Assembly (NCBI GenBank): GCA_012295275.1
Contig: CM022674.1
Coordinates: 4,712,001-4,776,000 of the forward strand
Length of the DNA: 64,000 nucleotides
Reading direction: 5' to 3'
Origin: Chrysomallon squamiferum
Taxonomy: Eukaryota; Animalia; Mollusca
Part shown: piece by piece, positions 44,537 through 59,299 of the stretch
Numbering within the stretch: the stretch's first letter is position 1
How the letters are laid out: every line of letters begins with the position of its first letter
The notes under the pieces: generated by a model
The model's database searches: none
Seen by the model: the letters and a program-made list of their open reading frames with translations, nothing else
What the model was told of the DNA's origin: nothing
Position numbers and translations under genes: made by a program

Positions 44537-45879
44537 CGATGCTAAACCGACGGAATGGTTTTTCTTTAAATGGTCTCAGATTTCAACAATTCGCGTTTTA
44601 ATTCCGTCCCAACTTTCCGAAGCACTAAGGATTTTGCGGACATCAGAGAACATCGTTTTCTTCTTTTATCTTTTTATTTTTTTATTTTTATTTTTTTCTG
44701 TTTATCTTAAGTCTTTCATTTTTTTTATTTATTCTTTTTTTATTATTATTATTCTTTTTTTTTTTTTTGTTCTTCCGCTTTTTAAAAATCTTTTTTTTTT
44801 TTATATAATTTTCATTTTATTTATTTTTATCGATTTAATTTTTTTGAGGAAGCTTAGGACTATTAAGCAAGCGTATATGTGACAACAACTGTTTAATTAC
44901 TCAAACAACAGCTGCTACCACAACTCTACTATTACTATTACTAATAAAAAAAAAAAAAAAAAAATAAATTAAAAAAAGACGATGATGATGATACACTTTT
45001 AGCATCAGTATTAAGAATGATAGTAATACTAGCAGTAGCAGTAATGGAGGTGGCACTTGAAGTATAGTAATAGTGGTAGTAGTAGTAGCAGAAGGAGCAG
45101 TAGTAGTTATGTTAACGGTAGTAGTGATGGCAGTAGCAGAACAGCGACGGCAACAGCAACAGCAGTAGTAATAGTCGTTGTTGTTGTTGTTGTAGTAGTA
45201 CAATAATACAAATATCTACTTCGAGAGATGCTATAAATGAAATGTAAAGGGACATAACTAAGGAATACCCTTTTTAATTGTAAGGCACCAACGTTTTGAA
45301 TTTGTTTTAACACCATTAACTGTACTCACGTTCATGGTTTGTAAAAACAAAGGAAAATAAATAAAAATAAAAATGAAAACTAACGTACTGGCTGAGTACC
45401 AATGTACCGACATTACATATTTATAAAAATATATTTTTATTTCTTTTTTTCTTTTTTTATTCTCACACCATAGAGTTAATTCCGTTCGCATTTCTCGTTT
45501 CAGGAGAAAGAAATATTAATAACTGAAAATAACAAAGTAACATTCAAAAATATAATAATAAATAAATAAATAAATAAATAGAATCCAAAAATAACAAGAA
45601 AACTGGTATTTGGTTCAGAATCAGTATTTTATATCAAGAAAAAAAAATATAAAACTAAAAAGGTTTTGAAGTAACGACACCGATAATTAAGTGTCGTTTT
45701 TTTTACAAAATATTTATTTTCTTTGATAGAATGCGTGAAAGAATTTAATGAATATCACATTGATTTATTTTATTTTATTATGTCAAATGAATTTATTGAC
45801 TGATTTATTTATATATTGATACATTCATTCTTCACGATGATTTGGAAAAAAAGCGTCTTGCTGGTACGTGAAAGGAAAT

Positions 45880-45970
45880 TCTTATCCATCAACAGCAAGG
45901 AGTCTTTTATATAATGTTTCCTTGCAATTGGGATAACACATGTTGTTTGCTAAACCACTGTTTGAAACGG
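45880..45970 (-). mobile_element. Degenerate SINE core fragment (Nin/Deu-domain-like)
   Basis: aacagcaaggagtcttttatataatgtttcc...ggataacacatg resembles recalled agcagcaagggatcttttatatgc...ggatagcacata. Confidence 0.5.
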
Positions 45971-46203
45971 GTTATATTTACATATCAGTAAATTAGTATT
46001 AGTACTGGAACGGCATACATTTATTTATGCATAAGTGTCAAAATGGTTTGTGTGTGTGTGTGTGTGCGCGCGTGCGTGCTCGCATTCGGATAAACTTTTA
46101 GAATATTTTAGCAAGGAACTTTTAGAATACTTTATTGAAATAAATTTCTAAACAATGAAAGAAGTGATGGCATGTCGAATTTATTTATAATAAAAATATA
46201 TTA

Positions 46204-46670
46204 CAGTTATTTTAAATAGATTCAGTTGATATCGCTTATTACTGTTAATTTAAATAGATTCTCTTATTACTGTTTATTGGTGTTATTTTAAATACAAACA
46301 CTTATGATTGTCTTTCATTTATTTTAACTAGATTCAGTTGTTATTGCTTTTTAACTGTTATTTTAAATAGATTCAGTTATCAATGTTTATTGCTGTTATT
46401 TTAACTAGATTCAATTGTTATCGCTTTTTTTAATGTTATTTTAAATAGATTCAGTTCTTATGGCTTATTATTGTTATTTTAACTAGATTCATTTTGTCAT
46501 TGCTTATTACAATAACCAGATTTCTTTTTTTTTTATTACTATTGTTTTAAATACATTGTTATTGGTTATTACTCTAATTTTGAACAGATTCAGCTGTTAT
46601 TGGTTATTACTGCCATTTTTAAAATAGATTCAGTTGTTATTTCTTATCACTGTTATTTTAACTGGATTCA
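46204..46670. repeat. Minisatellite, about 38-bp unit (gttattttaaatagattcagttgttattgcttattact), about 11-12 copies
   Basis: Repeated ttttaa(a/c)tagattca. Confidence 0.93.
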
Positions 46671-47094
46671 CTAATCAATTCTTACCGCCGCTGTTCGCGG
46701 GCATTGCTGAAATTAACCGTTGCGACTTTATACACCTTTAATTATTTCCATTTCTTTATGGAAACATTCGTGATCCAACGGTTTAATTTCATCGGCAGGA
46801 TTACATCAGAAGATTGGTAAAACCATAAAACACGTTTGCGTAGCGTGTCGCGCAGTGTTCAGTTCACATTTCGCCATAAAGAGAGAGACTTCAATAAAGT
46901 CCCCGTTTGTAACGCAAGTATACCGAGCGACATTAGAAACGCAAGACGTAATCAGAACGAGCAAACATAATCGAAATCAAATATCTGTGAGTAAATAATA
47001 AAAGAAAATGTCATACAGCACGAACGGTTTCTTCTTTCAAATATAGAAAGTTTATTTTTGTACAGAGCGGGAGAGAGACTGAAGAAATAACAAA

Positions 47095-47397
<303 letters not shown>

Positions 47398-47965
47398 CAC
47401 TCTTTCTTTCAGCATTTATTTCTTTTTCTCACTCTCACTCCTCCGTCAACGCTGCCCCGTGTTTGTTTCCGATTACGTGAAAATCTTTTCGCATTCGAAT
47501 ATAATAAATTGTGTTTTTTGCTTTCCGGCCCACGGTCTAACAGCAACTCTCTCGGGTCGCTAATTACGGCTTCGGAATACTTGACTACTAACGCTGTTCT
47601 GCGAGCAGGCACACACACAGTGTTCACGGCCGAAAAAAAAAAAAAAAAAAAAAAAATTGGAATGACTTTTTGATTGTTATTGCAATTAGTTATCGTTTGC
47701 AGCACAGAGCAACTATGAAAAATTAATCAGTATTTATTATAAGCTCGTTTCTGGCGCCGTTTTGTGTGTCAGTCCAAAAAAAGAAACAAAAAAGAATGAA
47801 AAAACAAAGATAAAATGAATAATTCTACGAGGCTGTGACCCGAAAGCAAGGGGGGGGAATGTGAGGGGTTGGACGGCAAAACGCGAAATTATATATTTAT
47901 TTTTTTGGATTAATTCTTAATAGATTTATTTGTTTTACTGAATGATATTCAAAGAAAGAATGTAT

Positions 47966-47968
<3 letters not shown>

Positions 47969-48063
<95 letters not shown>

Positions 48064-48091
48064 TTCTCTGTCTCTTTCTTTCTATTTCTGT

Positions 48092-48142
<51 letters not shown>

Positions 48143-48167
48143 TGTATGTATCACTCTTTCTTTCTCT

Positions 48168-48246
<79 letters not shown>

Positions 48247-48807
48247 CCTTCAGTAACTGTCATTAATCTACTTAATTGTTTCCCCCTTCCTTTCAGTCTA
48301 TTCAATACTCGCTATTCTATTTCTCACTGTCTACGGGAAGGCGTTTCTAAGTGATTTGTTTGCTGCTGGCCAACAGAGCGATAAAAAGGTGTCAGCTCAG
48401 AATCTTTCGGTTCGTCTGTCTGAATCAATAATTTGATTTATGCGCGTTTAAGTTGCTCTTTCAACGTCTCGTCAATTCCCTCGTCTGTGATTTAAAAAAC
48501 GAGAAACGATGTCGTTGTTATGAATGACGCATGCAACGATTAGTGACGAAGAAGAAGAGAAAAATGTGACTGAAAAACAATCGGGTTTTTCTACACAAAC
48601 TTCACATTTCAATCCTTCCTTCTTTTCTCTCCTTCTTTCAATCTGTCGATCTCAGTCTTTATGCCAGTTACTTTTCTGTCTTTCCTTCCCTCTCTATTTC
48701 TCTGTCTCTGTTCTCTTACATATACACACTCTCTCTCTTTCTCTCCTTACCTCTCTGTCTCCATTTCTCTCTCTTTCTGTCTTCTCTCTCTCTCTCTCTC
48801 ACACACA

Positions 48808-48887
<80 letters not shown>

Positions 48888-48960
48888 GACTCTCATTCTC
48901 TCTCCCTCTCTCTCTCTTTCTCACTCTCTCTCTGTGTCTCCATTTCTCTTTCTTTCTGTC

Positions 48961-49048
<88 letters not shown>
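47969..49048. repeat. Cluster of (CT)n, (AT)n and (CA)n microsatellites with a unique island between about 48250 and 48700
   Basis: Directly visible. Confidence 0.9.
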
Positions 49049-49051
<3 letters not shown>

Positions 49052-49280
49052 AGTTCTTTACGTATGATGATTCACATTACAACTATTATATTGAAGGATC
49101 GCCTATTCGCTAGAAATGTACGCTTCCTCTATCATATTGCCTTTCACCGCTGTTTGATGTTATTTTTACCTAATCGTGACCGTCTACACATCGCATACGA
49201 ACGACATTACGCGAACAGGTAAACACCAAACGCTTACGGGCTTTAGTTTCATGTATAATCGAAAATCTATAAATATATAT

Positions 49281-49353
<73 letters not shown>

Positions 49354-49682
49354 TGTCTGAAGCGATTATCTGAAACCTGCTTAATCTGGCAGCATTTTTA
49401 TGAAATATGCTTCTGACATGTATTTCTGGAATAATTATATATATATATATATATATAGTTTATGGGCGTATAATATGTAGTTAGATGTAAGTTTATTTAT
49501 GGACGTTTGATAATATAGTTAGATGTAAGTTTATGAACGTATGATATATAGTTATATATGCGTTTATGGGTTCACCGCTTTTTTGCCTAAGGCTGTTGTT
49601 GTTGTTTGGATAATTTTTTTCATTTGTGACAGAATGAATTATAAAGAAATATACAAACATGCAAATGTGCATACGTACGTGA

Positions 49683-49731
<49 letters not shown>

Positions 49732-49918
49732 CAGACATACAGATACATGGGCTCATGCGTACATTCATAAATACATATATATATATATATATAAATACAC
49801 AGATGCATGCATTATGTACGTACGTAGATACGTACATACATCGATACATAGATATGTATATATTACCTACATACAAAAATACGTACATACATACATAACT
49901 ACACACAAACAGATATCT

Positions 49919-49962
<44 letters not shown>

Positions 49963-51112
49963 CTATAAACAAATATACACACGCACACAAAAACACACAG
50001 ACGCAAATACAGAGACAGAGAGATAAAAAAAAACCCAGACATATATGGATACATATATTAGGAGTCAAAGATATTTTATGCTGAAGACCCGATGAAGAAC
50101 AAACAGCAGTAAAATTAACTAAGAAGCAGTTCACTATCATCATATTTATCTTGCAGCATAATCTGCCCTTTATAGATTTTTCTGATCATTAATTTCAACG
50201 TTTCAACACGTTCAGCTGACAAGCAAATAGTCTTAAAATTTGACGTACCACACTAAGAAAAGTTATGAGGTATTTTATCTATGTTTCAATTTATTATTAT
50301 TTTTTATTATTATTATTTTTTTAATTTATTTATGTTTTTTTTATGTTTTTTTATTTATATTTTTTACTTTTTTTGTTATTTTATTATATTTTTTTACATT
50401 TATTTACATTTTTCATTTCATTTTATTTATTTATTTGTTCGTTTAATTATTTTTTTTTTTTTTTTTATTTATTTATTTTAATTTATTTATTTTATATTTA
50501 TTTTAATAACATTTTTTTTTTAATTTAATTTATTTTATTTTATTTTTTTTTTATTTTATTTTATTTTATTTTATTTTTTTTTAATTTATTTTAATTTTTT
50601 TTAATTTAATTTTTTATTTTAATTTTTTATATTTTATATTTTTATTTTTTTATTTTTTATTTTGTACAGCAGGAATGATTACGTTATAATATTATTTATC
50701 TTCTTACCAATTTTATTTCTTTCCAGACGTTTTTAATTCTTATTTCATATGTTTGATTTATGAATAGTAAAAGTTCACACAGAAGATTACGTAACTATGA
50801 TTCAATCTGTCTCTCTGTCTTTGTCATTTCCTTTCTCTTTTTCTGTCTTTTCGTCTCTATGCTTTTCTCCTCTTCATTACGTTTGTTAACTGACTGATCA
50901 TGTTCAGAGAGAGTAATTTTAGAACGAAAAAAATATTACGCTATCCTACCTGTAAATATTTATGCCATTTATTTTGTGTTTTTAACCTTTTAGAAATACT
51001 TTTTATTTCATATTTTTTGTACAGCAGTTGGTAAGAAGCAGCATATCAAAATTTGTTTCAGCTCTCTGGTGGAAACCGAACACTAGCGGTACAATTTTAT
51101 GAGTGTAGATTT

Positions 51113-51127
51113 TATTATTATTATTAT

Positions 51128-51171
<44 letters not shown>

Positions 51172-51296
51172 TTGTTATTATATTATTATTATTATTATTA
51201 TTAATAATATTATTATTATTATCATTATTATTATTATTATTATTATCATCATCAATATCATTATCATTATTATTATTATTATTATCATCATTATTT

Positions 51297-51363
<67 letters not shown>

Positions 51364-51395
51364 CATCATTATTATTATTAGTACTATTATTATTC
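51113..51395. repeat. (TTA)n/(TAG)n/(TCA)n trinucleotide tract
   Basis: Directly visible. Confidence 0.95.
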
Positions 51396-51843
51396 TGTAA
51401 GAAATTCTTCAGACGCTATTGGGATATGAAAAGAACTTGGAGCTTTCGATATATCAAATATCCATAGAAATAATTTATGAGAACAATTTTTTTCTTTTTT
51501 GTCTTTTCCGTACTGAATGAACGCAGAGTTTTGTTTTCTTTCCTCTCTTAGCATAAAGATGAAGCATTATGTAAATGTTACGTGAATTGATTTCGCCTGA
51601 AACAAATATATATTCTGACAGACAGACAAAAAAAAAAAATGAACAAAGAGATAGACAGACTGAGAGAGTAATAAATGTATAGTCAGATAGATAAATGTAT
51701 TAGGTGCAAGATAGGAAAGGATAGATAGGTAAGTAAGTAGATAGATAAGCATGTAGATAGGTAGGAAGGTAGGAAGGTAGATTCATTCAGTGACAGTCTT
51801 AGGCAGACGAGGGACAGAGAAAAGGAAAGACAGACGAATAGAA

Positions 51844-51932
<89 letters not shown>

Positions 51933-52195
51933 CGTATATAGACTGAAAGACAAAAGATCAGGCAGAATGAGTTACGAAGTGAAAGGGGTCTTGATATACA
52001 GATAGAGAGACAGACTAACGGACACATATAAACAAACAGAGACTGATAAATATGTAAGAAGATATATAGGTAAGTAGCTAGGTAGAAGTAAGAAAAAGTA
52101 ATTTTTTCCTGAGAAAAATTAAAAAAAAAAAATAATAATAATAATAACAAATTATAATAAAAAAACAATAAAAAAAATGATAATGATATTAATAG

Positions 52196-52230
<35 letters not shown>

Positions 52231-52944
52231 AAAAAAAATTACGTCAAATTCATGATGGCCTGAAATCATTTCTGCAAATATATCTACCCCCACACTGGTG
52301 TCACCGTTGTTGTTGATGTCGTGATCGTGGTGGCATAGCGTGTTGTCGAATCTGTGTCGTCTGACGAAAATAGCAATTAGATCCCCTCCCACATCGTTCT
52401 TTTTTTTTTTTTTTTTTTTTTTTTAAAATTTTTTAAAACTTTTTTTTTTTTTTTTAAACTTTTTAAAATTAACTCTGCCCTTTTCAAGTGTTCATAATGA
52501 CGACTGAATTCATCACGTAACTTGATTTAAAAAAGGAAAGCGCTAATGGTGCTTTGCTTCAGAAGAGGGAAAAATTATACAAAAAAAAAAAACACACACA
52601 CGAAAAGGGTGGCCAGAAGGCTAGCTTTTGATGATATCGGTGGAATTGGGCAAGTTTAAAAAAAAAAAAAAAAAATCGATGGTTAACACCTAAAGGCGAA
52701 ACAAATCCACGGACGGATATGTCTGAAATATGCGCCAGTCTATGCGGTAATGAAGGAAAATAACAATGTTTAGAATCGTCGTCATCACGACGGCGTTGGT
52801 GTTGACGATGATGATGATGGTGGTAATACTTCCGGCTAGGTTAGCCGGTTAACGGCGAGCATGATGTTGTTGACGATGATGTTGATCGTTGTGGAAGAGA
52901 GTAAGACGATGATGGTGATTGTCGTGTAATTATGATGATGATAA

Positions 52945-52979
<35 letters not shown>

Positions 52980-53260
52980 CAGTAGTTTGGTGAAAACAGA
53001 CAATGATGACGACAATGGTCAAATAAATATGACGACAGCAGCAACAACATTGATCTTTCTCGGACGAAACCAGCTGTTCTTATTTTTAACAGATTGTTTT
53101 TTTTTTTCTCGATTCTTGTCAATAATTTTCAATATTAACAGAGCAACACATACCAAAGCTATTGAAATAGAAAAATCTTAAAATACGTGGATCATCGGAT
53201 GCTGCATGTACCATGACAAAACACCATGTTTCACTGATGCAGATCACAACGACCGTAACG

Positions 53261-53293
<33 letters not shown>

Positions 53294-53310
53294 AAAAAAA
53301 AATATCTTAC

Positions 53311-53369
53311 CTTCAGTTTTTCAAGTGTGTCATTCTTTAAGCAGAAAATGACGATAACTGATTTTTGTT
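53311..53369 (-). other. Candidate internal exon (59 nt)
   Basis: Minus strand reads ttccttttctttcag|AACAAAAATC...AAACTGAAG|gtaaga, a near-consensus acceptor and donor; no homology or transcript evidence. Confidence 0.3.
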
Positions 53370-53654
53370 CTGAAAGAAAAGGAATATATAAGAATATTTA
53401 ATAATGCAAGCAATTCTCGTGTGCATGTGTAAAAAAAAAGGTTTACATTGGTTTACGAACAGGTCAAAGTGGCTGGTTCATGAATAACGATAATATTTGT
53501 AACAATGAATAGCCCTACGAACATATAAAAATAAAACAAGATGCTGATCAATTTAACAAGTGATCAAGGTTTGTGATGATCAATGTGAATTTATCGATGA
53601 CGATTCATATACTGGGAGAATGAATTTCATGAATGTTCCTGATGATAATAACTG

Positions 53655-53692
<38 letters not shown>

Positions 53693-55239
53693 ATGACCAC
53701 GATAATAATGATAACAAAGACATGATGGTCATAATGATACCAAAAAAATTAAATCATAATATTTTCATCAAAAGATAATTATAATATAACTTTTATGACG
53801 TTGCTGCTGCTGATGATGATGATAATGATACTGGTAAAACTGACGTTGATGAGTTCCTATCATTTCATCCGGTCGCCTCAAAAACTGACGTTGATGAGTT
53901 TGCAAAAATCGACATTTCACCATCGGTTCGTGTTTCCTCATATTTATGGTGCATGTCTCTTTAACGACGCGAAAACACGGCCATATTTACAGATCGTGTT
54001 TCTTTAAGTCTTTAAAACGAAATTGAGAAACATTCCAATATCCGAGGCCCTGAGAGAAACCTTACGTTAATTTCAATCAATTCGTTGGGTAAACACAGTT
54101 AGGAAAACGTAGAAACCGTTTTTAAATTATTGTTCTTGGGGGAGAATTCCTTAAGCAAATAAGGCAAACAAATTTAATGAAAAAAAAAAAAAAAAAAAAA
54201 AGAAGATGGTAGATGATTCCGTCTAATTATTACCTCCCCTTCCAAAAACCAGGTTTAAAGTGATTTTAAAATGTTATTTATTTTTATTTATTTATTTATT
54301 TATTTACTTATTTACTTATTTATTTATTTTTATTCCATATTTTATTATTATTTTTATCTTTCTTCTTCTTTATTCTTTTCTTTGCGGAAATAAAATAGCG
54401 TTTCAAATTACGAATGAACAAAAATGACAAAATATAATTTGACTGGAAAAGAAGATAAACAAATAAACAAATAAATAAATAAATAAATAAATAAATATAA
54501 GGCAAGAGAAACCATAGTAACGGACAAAGAACAGCTGCACATACAAATCCTCTAGGGTAATCAGACTTAAAATAAATGATTACTGTTTCTTTCTATTTAT
54601 TTCTATAAAAATCAGTAAAACGAGAAAGAACGAAAGAAAATATTAAAAGAAGAAATGAAGAAATAGGAGAGAAAGAAGGAAGAAAGACAGGCATAACAGA
54701 AGAAAACAAGAAACGAAATTCGTCAATAAAAATTTGTGTCACGTTGCGAAATTCATTTCGATTCTGATAAGAAAAAAAAAAATCTTTAAAAAGTTATTTG
54801 AAAATTGTGAAATATAAAACGAAAGAAACAAATAAAGAAAAGGGGCAATAAAAAGCTATAAAGACTGAATTATTAGTTTCATCGTAAAAGAAACAAACGA
54901 AAATATAAAAAAATAACTTCCTGAACAAAACGAAATAAATATTCAAAAAAAAAAAAAAAATTCGGTTTTATTTCTGAAACAAAATAAATGAATTATTTTT
55001 TATTTAATTAAAATCTTTTTAGGACACATAAAATAATAAAATCCTATTTACGTAAACAATAAGCAAGTTGCTTTCTTGTTTCAAATCTACTTTATGAAGA
55101 AGATAAAAATAAACTTATAGTTTTCGAAATCCTATTAAGTCGCAATCAAATCGAAAGATTTGGCGTAACCATCTTTGTGTGAAGACAGGAAGAAATGTTT
55201 ATTTTAACTAAAACTGAAAGCATTATATATATAATATAA

Positions 55240-55296
<57 letters not shown>

Positions 55297-55639
55297 CACT
55301 GAAAGAGAAAAAAACAGAAAAAAAAAGCGAGAAAGAGAAAAAGAACAGAGATAATTTTTCAGTCACAAAGCGAGCAGTTATACGACAGAGGTTTTATAAA
55401 GAAAAAGGAAAAAGATGTTTTTCGATCGAGTTAGATTAAAAGAAAAATGTTTTGTGTCAAAAGTATATATATATATATATATATGTATACGAAACAAATA
55501 TATCTGTAAGCATTTATTATTGCGTTTGGATACATAATTAAAACAGTTTGCTCTTCGTTAAATTTGTGTTCATAGAGTTTGAACCATGTTCTAAATTAGC
55601 GGTTACGGTTCCTGGATATCTTGTATATATCGTGCTTGG

Positions 55640-55731
55640 ATACCAGGATTCTTAGTTACCTACCCGGATGTCTGAATCCCAAGTTACCAAATACCCGGAT
55701 GTAACTATTGTTAATTATGCTACCCAGATGT
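55640..55731. repeat. Short repeated TACCCGGATG motif, spacing about 30 bp
   Basis: tacccggatg at 55661 and 55692, tacccagatg at 55721, taccaggat at 55641. Confidence 0.75.
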
Positions 55732-56539
55732 TTAATTTAGTTTTTTTTTTTTTTTTTTTTTTGCTGTTTCGTTAAATCTTGCAGACGTCAATAGACAGTT
55801 GTGAGCTGGGATTAGCAGACGACAGTCGTAACCTTTACGAAAGTTAACATAAGTATGAAATAATCGATAAATTACAAGGAAGTTAAAACAAGCGATTAAT
55901 TGTGAAGCATTTAGATTGTTTCCTTATTGATACGGCTGAAAAAAATCAAAGAAAAAAAAAAAGGTTCTCCACCGATTAATTTTAGAGCGATTAAGAGACT
56001 ATAATTTGCCAGCCAATGAAATTGCTCGTTCGATGAAAAGGAAACGACCAGAGTACAGTCTATAGGAGAATGATCAATTATAAACTTTTAACCAATCGGA
56101 TGTCTTGTTTTATTTTTCGTATTCTTTTTTCTATTTTTCTGTTTTGTTTCGTTCATCTTTAAAAAAAAAAAAAAAAAAATTAAAAATTTTAAAAATCTTA
56201 TTTTATTTCTTATTCTTATATTTCTACAACTTAGAAAGTAAAATACGTCATCAAAAAAAAAATAAAAAAATAAAAAAATAAAATAAAAAGATGATTACAA
56301 AATATTTGGAAATACAGGCTTAAACATCCGTACAAAGCAATATTGATCGCTGCAACCGCATTATTTTCAACAGAAAAGATGGTAAAAATAGAAAATTTAA
56401 ATAATTTAAATGTTTTTAAAAAATAGAAAATAATAAAAATAAGACAACAGCAATAGAACTAACAAGCCAACAGCTTCTTCTATAAACAATAATTATTGCG
56501 TCTGCCAGTTCTTATATTCATTTCTTGATACGATTAGTT

Positions 56540-57000
56540 ACTACTACTATAACTAATACTACTACCACTATTACTACGACTACGACTACTACTACTACTA
56601 CTACTATCACTACTGCTACATTGCTTACATTGCTATTGCTACTGTCACTACTATTACTAACGATATTACTACTACGATTACTACTACTACTACTACTAAC
56701 AATTATGAATACTATTACTACTGCTACACTACGTATATATACTACTACTGCTACTCCCATCAATATTACTGATACCACTATTACAACTACTACTTCAGCT
56801 ACTGCTATTACTGCTACTACAACTATTAATACTAATGACAATGATGATGATGATGATGAGATCGATATAAATAAACACCAACACGGCTACAAGCATGAAC
56901 AATAGTACTACTACTACGACTACTACTACGACTACTACTACTACTACCACTACTACTACTAATAATAATAATGATAATAATAATAATATAATAATAATAA
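56540..57000. repeat. (ACT)n/(ATT)n/(GAT)n trinucleotide low-complexity tract
   Basis: Directly visible; source of the poly-Thr/poly-Val ORFs. Confidence 0.93.
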
Positions 57001-57604
57001 AGATTACTCATGTAATAAAATGATCCTCTATCTAGAAGCTTTCAATGAGAAATTTTAGACCATTACATGTTTTTTTACTACATTTTTTTTTTTTACCTAT
57101 TGAAGTTCCCGTCACAATTATCCCCTTCTGAAGCGTTCTTCTGATTTAAAGACGTTTTCCACAATGGACAGTTCTACAAAAAGCTGTTGCCCGAGGTTAG
57201 TTCTGATTAAAATATTTGATTGCGGCGTTACGATCAATTACAAAAACAGCGCACACTGAAAAGATTTTCTCCGCAAAATGCTTTTGTCGTCACTGAAGGA
57301 AAATCATAAATTGAGATTATAATTACTTCGAGCTTTTGTGTATATTTTTTATTTTATTCTATTTTTTACTCTCTCTCCTTTCTTTGTCATCCTCCTTCTC
57401 TGTCTTTTCCTTCTCTCTGTCTCTCTGTTTCTTTTTGTTTCAATCTATCTGTCTATCTGTTCCTTTTATTGTCTTGTTCATTCAGTCTACCTTTCTGTTT
57501 CTTTCTCTCTTTATGAATCTGTCTTTCTATATTTGCCTTTTTCATCCTCATTCTCTCTCTTTTCCTCTCAGTATTTCTGTTTTTCTCTCTGTATCTATCT
57601 TTTA

Positions 57605-58030
<426 letters not shown>

Positions 58031-58574
58031 CATATCTCTCATCTCTACCTCTCTGCTGATAAGATGTTCAGAGGGTTGATGACAATGGTTCGTGACTCCG
58101 TGAAAGAAGACACGCCGAGTAGGAGTTCGATCGAAACCATCTGGATTCTGATGACTGTAATTAGTTTCAACATGCTTATTTATATTTTGTGTTGTTATCC
58201 AGTTTGGAATTTTTTTTTATGTGATTCAAATGTCACACGCCAGAACTTTGAATGTAACCAGCAAAAGCTGGCTGGTGATATCTGCAGTGTTACAAAGTGT
58301 GGTGTATGGAAATAGTACAGTTGTTATTGGATTAAAAAGAATGTTGTATGAGAAAAAAAATAATTAAAGAAAGAAAGGTAAAAAAGAATGAATGGATCAT
58401 TAGAGTCCCCATGACAATTAAATTATTTAACTGTCTGTCTATCGATCTATCGGTCTGTCTGTCTTTATTTTTCTCTAGCTGTCTATCTATCTTTTTATCT
58501 GTCTAGCTATATGTATCTATTTATGCATTTATCCAAGTCTGTGTATATCTCCCTCTGTCTATTTTTCACTCCCT

Positions 58575-58688
<114 letters not shown>

Positions 58689-59212
58689 TCTCTTTCTATC
58701 TCTCTCTGTCTCTCTCTCTATCATTTCTATAATTTGTTTTAAATTAAATCACCACGATTTCGCCAATTATCTCCCTTTTATTCACTTTTTTTTTTTTTTT
58801 TAACCTTTTTCAATTTAACATTAAACTAACTCAATATATATATTTTTAATTATTATTTTCAAATTTGACTGAAAAAAAAACAACAAAAAAACATGACACT
58901 AGACTTCACTATCGTTCCCGTGAAAAACGTATCTTTATCCTTTACAATTCAATTTTGTCACTAAATGACAATCCAAAGAGAAGCAGAATAATCTTTTTAC
59001 ACCTTTGTTACGTTCGTGTGTACTGTTATCCCATAGATCAACGCACCGGTATCGGAGTTAATTCTGCGATCCGTCGACAGACAAATAATTGAATATTTAA
59101 GATTTTAAACGAAGGCAAATACTTTTGTTTTATAACAGTCTGCTGGTCTTCCTTTATTTTTATTTTTTTTTTTTTCGTACTTTTTTATTCTTTTATTTAT
59201 TTTATTTTATTT

Positions 59213-59299
<87 letters not shown>

